Assembly: GCA_965603825.1 (NCBI GenBank) | Contig: CBFDEM010000021.1 | Span: 620,001 to 684,000, forward strand | Direction: 5' to 3' | DNA length: 64,000 nucleotides | Source of the DNA: Blepharisma stoltei ATCC 30299 | Taxonomy: Eukaryota; Protista; Ciliophora | Part shown: positions 58,170 to 64,000 of the stretch, piece by piece | Position numbering within the stretch: position 1 is the first letter of the stretch | Layout of the letters: the number at the start of each line of letters is the position of its first letter | The notes under the pieces: model-generated | Databases searched by the model: none | What the model was told of the DNA's origin: nothing | The model's input: the letters and a program-made list of their open reading frames with translations, nothing else | Position numbers and translations under genes: made by a program

Positions 58170-58228
58170 TGTCTTTAAATTATTCCATTCGAGAAATGGT
58201 TTTGAAAATAAAGCATTAAATATATTAA

Positions 58229-61200
58229 ATGGGAAGTTGCATCGGGAAAAGAGCAAAAATCACAGTCAGAGGGATTGAACAAAAATCGAATTATGTCGTG
58301 AACAATATCGTGCTTGACCGCTGAACTGAGCCACAGGTAAAATTATTAAGTTCAAGATTTAATCAATATAAAGGAGTTCAAGGAATTGATAAGAAAGGGT
58401 TCACCCAAATTTTTCCTGGGATAAACAATTTTCCTCATGCAGTTATAAGTCGTTGCTTTTCGATATTTGATGATTTTGGATATGGAATAATTTCTTTTAG
58501 AAGCTTTTGTGTTGGTCTTGCACAGGTATTGCTTGCGAATAAGGAAGAAAAGGCTGATTTTATTTATAAGATTTATGATATTGATAGAGATGGTGTTTTA
58601 AAAGAAAACGAATATGAACTGTTTATAAAATCTGCTTCAGAAAACGAGTGTTTAAGAAATCTCTCTAAGAATCCATCGGAAAATATTTCTCTTCATAAGG
58701 AAAAATTAGGCCCAGCACCTCTTATCAAAGAAGTATTTGTTGTTTGGGCGCTAAGGAACTTAGAACTTGATTTACTTCTTAGGCCATTTGAAATAATTCC
58801 AAGTGCTCACACAGAAAGAGATGTAATAACAAAATTATTAACTGAAGTATTGGAAGTTGGAGAAACTGTTTTTTTGATATCAAGCCAATGGTGGGAAGTT
58901 TGAAAGAATTATGTTAATTTTGAAAATGAAGAAGCAAACATTGAAGAAAGCAACAATGAATTTGGATCAATTTCCCCAGTCAACAGACAAAAAACAGTGG
59001 CTTTTGGAGATAAGCCTGTCGGAATTGATAATTCAAATTTATTATTGCACGACTCAAAATTCAAATTAAAGCCGACAATTAAATATAAGCGAGACTTTAT
59101 ATGACTAAAGCCTAAGGCATGGGAAAGCTTATTCAGTTGGTATGGAGGAGGTCCACCTATTGCCCGAAAAATCATCCTGGATCGTGAAAAACCAAAAATC
59201 GAATTGTTTCCCATTTTAGTTGCCATCATTCCAGTATCAAAGCAAGGTCAAATTGCTAAAGAGCATAAAAAAAGCTTGCTCGCTTCTAAAAATGATAAAA
59301 TTTCAATGTTTATGGAAGCAGCCTGCAAACTCTTCAATGTTCAAGCTGACAATTCCCGAATTTGAATTAAATCTGGAGAAAATTGGGAAGTAGCTGACTT
59401 AAATTTAACTTTTACTGAAGCACGACAATTAGAAGACTGTGAAATTCTCCTGGAAACTGCAACTAATGAAAAAAATTCCAAGACATGGCCAAGAGATTGC
59501 ATAAAAATTGAAGAAGAGCTGAAAGCAGGGGACATTGTGCACGTGAGGAGAGGGTCAAATTCTAGCATTGATGGCATCATTTTGAATATTCAAGAAGATC
59601 GAGTTACAGTAAAAGTTGCTGATAAAACAGAAAATGTCCCAATATCAGAAATCACTAGTGCAAGGTCTTCTAATTCAAAGCCCAGCCAAGTTCAGACTCC
59701 GATTCCTGGTATTGTCGGGCTAATTAATGTTGGAAACACATGCTATATTAATTGTATAATACAATCACTATCTCATACACCATTGCTAAAAACATTTTTA
59801 AGCAGCGAAGCAATCCTTAGCCAAATTCACACAGAAAGGGACGCTGAGAAAGGCAAAGTTACCCTTGAGCTAGCAACTATAATTAGAGAAATGTGAAGCC
59901 AGAGAGCATTGAAAATTAGCCCAAGCAAGTTTATAAAAGCATTTACCAAAATTTATTCGATTTTTGAAGGAAACATGCAGCATGACTGTCATGAGTTTTT
60001 GAGCTTATTTATGGATAGGCTGCATGAAGATTTAATAAGGATAGGTGACGAAGTTGCTAATAAAACGATTGTTGTGGAAAATCCTATTGATAAGTTCACT
60101 GAAATCAGAGAAGCTGACGAACAATGGAGAAAACTGCAGGGAAACCAAGGCTCTGTTATAACAGATTTATGTGGAGGGCAAACCCGAACGACGCTTCGCT
60201 GCTCAAGCTGCAAAAGCAAAAGAGTCTTATTTGAAATCTTCACAAACCTCAGCCTTCCGATACCAATAAGTATGAGCATCCCTTTATATATCACTGTGAT
60301 TCCACTAAAAGGAGCAATTCAAATGATCGGAATTATGATTTCTAAGTATGTTCAGGTTGACGATCTATTAGCTGAAATTAGTGAAATGTCAAAAATAAAC
60401 AAGGAAAGCCTTTATCTTGCAGAGCTTAGCAATAAGTCTCAATTATCTCATTTTGATTCTCATAAAAATGAAATTCTCGTTCGATTGGGTATCACTACAA
60501 GGTCTAATCTGTATGCTTATGAAGTGATTCGAACTGTCCAAGAAGCAGAAACCATAGGCGGCAAAAAGGTTCTTCCTCCACAGGTTCAAGGAATCAATGA
60601 TTTTAGAATTGGAGACCAAGTAGATATTGAAACAGCACATGGTTGGGGGACAGGCCGCATCAAAGATATCCGCCAAGTGAATGGAAAATTTGAATATTTA
60701 ATCATCTTTGATTTAGAAATCCTGAGGTCTGACTGAGTTCTGCATTCTCAAGTAGCTCAGTTCCGATCACACACAAAGCCAGATAACCCATCTACTCTGC
60801 AAATTCTCCTTGCTAATACAGCTATTGTCAATGGAGTTCGTGAACCTATTGGCATGCCGTTTATTCTCTCCATTGGAAACTGGTACACTTTAGCTGATTT
60901 ATTTGATTTAGCAATCAAAAATGCTTGTAGACTTTTCAAAAGAGAATATGAACATGAGCTAAGAGGAAACAGGAACATCAATGACTTTTTTCAGCTTGTA
61001 ATTATTGACCCAGCCACACTTGGCTGTGGAAACTGCAGGAAATGTTCAGGCTGTCCTTTGCCAAGAAACAAGTCAGATGTAAAAGTGTTTGGAACCAATA
61101 TGCAAAGAGTTGGCTTAGCATTAGACTGAAACCAAAGATATTTTTCAGGCGAAATTAAAGAGCATCGCAGCTTCAAAGAAGTTAGGGCAAAAGAAGAGCA

Positions 61201-61735
61201 GCTTTTCCAGCCCATTGACATTTCACTCTGCCTAAAAGCCTTTACTGAAGAAGAAAAGCTTGATGGGAGCTGTGAAAAATGTGGGGAAAAAGAGATGAAG
61301 ATGCATATGGAAATATGAAGAACTCCTGATATATTAATTTTGTCACTGAAAAGGTTCTCATATCAAGATGGATGCCTTGAAAAAATTGACCAAGACGTCA
61401 GTTTCCCAATTTTTGCTTTCGATATCTCAGAATGAGTAAAAGGCATCGAAAGCTCTAATGGGTTAACACTCAGCACAACAGCTCTCCAGAATGCATATGA
61501 TTTATATGCCATTGTCTACCACTCAGGAAGCATCACTGGAGGGCATTATACAGCAACGTGCCAGAATTACGAGTCTGAAGAGCAAAAATGGTTTCATTTT
61601 GACGATGATTATGTATTTGAACTTGTTGATGGAACTGAAGATTCCATTCCTATAAGAAATGCATATATGTTATTCTATAGGAGACGCAAATTCTCCTCAA
61701 GTAATGTTATTAACCTAGCTTATCAATGTGGCTAA
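58229..61735 (+). CDS. USP32: USP32-like deubiquitinase (EF-hands, DUSP, UBL-like, split USP domain), 1168 aa
   Basis: MGSCIGK start; [10 protein letters not shown] hand; DUSP QWWEV[TGA]KNYV...WYGGGP; [36 protein letters not shown]. One frame with TGA=Trp to TAA 61733-61735. Confidence 0.87.
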
Positions 61736-61768
61736 GTAGCTTATTTATTAATTTAGGTAATCGTTAAT

Positions 61769-62677
61769 ATGTCCACGGTAGCTTTTCAGCAAAGCTATAA
61801 TACAGATGAAAACTTTTTCCTAAAAACCTTAAGTGAGATCCAAAAGGTAGGCCAAGAAGAGTTAGAGGCTCTTCCACACAAGACACTAATAAATTTGTTG
61901 AAAATATCTATTCTGGGAATGAAGTACTTTACTGAAGATTTAAATAAGGATTCAAATGAATTAGGAGAAGATGTAAGTGATTTCATTGCTTATATTAATG
62001 AATATGCAAGTAAAAGAGAAGCTACACCAAACTGCCAGAAAAATTGTGAAAATGATGCTTATAAAGGTGAAATAGAAATAAAACGCCAATTTGAGGAATT
62101 AAAGGAGAAATATGATCGACTGAAGCTTCAAAATGATGAAATAAGCAAAGAAGTTTCATTTGAATATAGATATGGGGCAGATACTAAATATGCGAATAAA
62201 TATAAACATTATGACCGCATCCATGAAAAGGAATTGAAAATAAGGGAAAACATCTGTGAAGAACTTGAAATGAATTTTAAGAAGCTTTTTGAAGATCAGT
62301 CTTTTGAACTAGCTGATGTAGATGAAAGTAAAAGTATTGAAATTAATGAAGCAGCAAATTGTAACATTGAAGAAGGTGAAATTAATGATTTATCTTGCGA
62401 TGAAGGTGTTGAAAAACGTTCTGTGCTTAAAACCAAATTCAAAAGAAAAAAAATCAAGCAAGCAATAGAATGTCGCGCATTTAAAGACATAAGAAGTATA
62501 TCAGAATTAGATTTTTCAATAAAATCAGCAGCCTTTCAAGATGGAAAGCAATTATGCCAGATTAAGCTAAGAAAAAATGATATAAAAGAAGCAGACAAGA
62601 CAAAGTCATTTAAAAAGGGAAAAAATAAAGTTAGAGATGACAATCCAATATTTATATTGGTCGAAGGATTTATTTAG
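61769..62677 (+). CDS. Uncharacterised coiled-coil protein, 302 aa
   Basis: Uninterrupted ATG-to-TAG ORF, E/K rich. Confidence 0.7.
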   Translation: MSTVAFQQSYNTDENFFLKTLSEIQKVGQEELEALPHKTLINLLKISILGMKYFTEDLNKDSNELGEDVSDFIAYINEYASKREATPNCQKNCENDAYKGEIEIKRQFEELKEKYDRLKLQNDEISKEVSFEYRYGADTKYANKYKHYDRIHEKELKIRENICEELEMNFKKLFEDQSFELADVDESKSIEINEAANCNIEEGEINDLSCDEGVEKRSVLKTKFKRKKIKQAIECRAFKDIRSISELDFSIKSAAFQDGKQLCQIKLRKNDIKEADKTKSFKKGKNKVRDDNPIFILVEGFI

Positions 62678-62756
62678 CTATAAAATATGTTAATTAAAAT
62701 AAATCATATTAATTAATTGCGCACATTTTTGACCAAAAATAATTGTAACTTATTAA

Positions 62757-64000
62757 TTATGCTAAAGTTACAAATGGCATCATCGTTATTTTTCTATGCT
62801 CTCTTGAATAAAGATCTAAGTTCCATATCTGAGCTTTCTCTTTGTTCAATGCATATATAACTGTTTCTTCTCCTTTTGGTAGGCACATTGCCATAACCGT
62901 TGACTTCACATCTTTATAAACTTTCATATCGTCAAAAATGCTACAAAATCCTATGCTTTCAGTCCCTCCAGTGATTAAGTATTCTCCAGACTGATTAAAT
63001 TGTATGCTTCAAATCAGATCACTTTTCACTGTCAAAGTATTTGCAATTTCTCCATTCAGATAATAAAGTAGTATTTTATTTTCTTCGCTTATTGCTGATG
63101 CAATGATTCCGAGCTCGCTAATCGCAATTGCCTTCGGCGGTGTTTGACTTGTTTTTAAGAAAGATCTTAAACAGTCAGCAGACCGAATGTCATGCATTAA
63201 AATAGTCCCATTAGAAGATAACGACACTAATATTTGATAACTGGCTGATGCAGAAATTTGTCTTATTCCTACAGTATGTCCTAAGAAGATTCTTCTGGGT
63301 TTCACAAATTTTTGGTTTTTCCCCATATGTCCCCACGAGCATATTGAAGTATCTAAGCTTCCAGTAAATAAATAGTCATCAGTGCTTGTTACACATGTCA
63401 CTAATCCTGCATGATGATGGACTGACTCTATTAAATTTCCTTTCAGGCCATGTATTTTAAATGAGTTGTCAATATGAAATCCTGAAATTATGTATTTTTC
63501 GCCCCACATGCAGTATTGATGAGGCCCTCTGTCAAGTATAACGCGCGAATCATCATTATTGAAGGTATGCTTCCATTGCGGCTCTTCTTTCCAATTTTCC
63601 AAGTTTAAATCTCTTGCAGCTTCTAAAATGTAATCTTGGTAGCTTGATGGATAATCCAACCTCATTTCGCCTATTTCTTTTTTAAAGCCAATTCTAAATA
63701 CTGAAATAGTCCCATTTCCAGTCAGTTTTATTCCAATTATTGCGTTCAATGTAGAAAATAAAGCAAAAATTTTCCCAGAAAATTCAATAGGCTTTGAATT
63801 ATCTATTTCCATTTTTTGGCCCATGGCTTTAGAAAACACAGAAACTTGTTTAAATTCTTGATCCTTTTTAGGGTGCTGAGTTTTAAAAAGCTGTACCGGA
63901 GTTTGGCCAAAATGAACGACTTGCTCTATTATAGGAAGAATTGATTCCATTGATTCACATCTTTCTAGAAGCCTTTGGACTGTTTCCTCATAAGATGTAT
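62757..64000 (-). CDS. BEACH-WD40 protein, 5'-partial (C-terminal end)
   Basis: HFGQTPVQLFKTQHP is the BEACH domain end, followed by WD40 repeats (TGSLDTSICSW). TGA 63009 read as W; TAA at 62757. Confidence 0.9.

Noticed and set aside
59-62490. Many short ORFs on the strand opposite real genes (e.g. 59-271, 4581-4907, 26678-26947, 42185-44599, 58909-59229)
   Set aside because: They are antisense or alternate-frame shadows rich in Ser/Phe/Leu, without motifs, and overlap well-supported genes.
1-64000. Mycoplasma or mitochondrial origin (also TGA=Trp)
   Set aside because: Gene content is eukaryotic nuclear (COPI, PEX5, dynein, USPs) and spliceosomal introns are present.
1-64000. Fully ambiguous Condylostoma-type code with TAA/TAG as Gln
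   Set aside because: After splicing, no in-frame TAA/TAG remains in any rebuilt gene, and no gene needs TGA as its stop.
1-64000. Telomeric repeats, transposase or IES insertions in genes, tRNA/rRNA genes, CRISPR arrays
   Set aside because: I saw no CCCTAACA-type tracts, long terminal repeats, cloverleaf structures or spaced direct repeats by eye, and coding frames lack large insertions with stops. Small ncRNAs could have been missed.

Overview
AT-rich, very gene-dense eukaryotic nuclear DNA, most consistent with the macronuclear genome of a heterotrich ciliate of the Blepharisma type. Two rules explain why the supplied ORF track looks shattered. (1) TGA encodes tryptophan: in-frame TGAs sit at conserved Trp positions of MYB, TPR, dynein, USP and hydrolase motifs, and every complete gene I rebuilt ends in TAA or TAG. 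(2) Introns are only 15-16 nt (13 found, all GTA...AG with A at position 10). With these rules the window resolves into about 36 protein genes. They include beta'-COP, an R2R3 MYB, PEX5, legumain, AMPK/SNF1, KIFBP, PKA-R, DUSP12, CSTPP1, a TTLL6-like glutamylase, a ~4356-aa DNAH1-like dynein heavy chain, inhibitor-2, USP7-like and USP32-like deubiquitinases and a partial BEACH-WD40 protein. The code and the tiny introns are known heterotrich biology. The best candidates for something undescribed are a stand-alone toxin-tip/RNase-like domain protein (1767-2612), a degenerate PD-(D/E)XK-like protein (25805-26551), an F-BAR plus Munc13-homology fusion (29708-31805), a PEX5 built on reverse FxxxW motifs, strong gene-to-gene bias in TGA versus TGG use, and intergenic gaps as small as 6-21 bp. 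I found no RNA genes, transposons, telomeric repeats or CRISPR arrays. All family assignments are motif recognition by eye; no searches were run.
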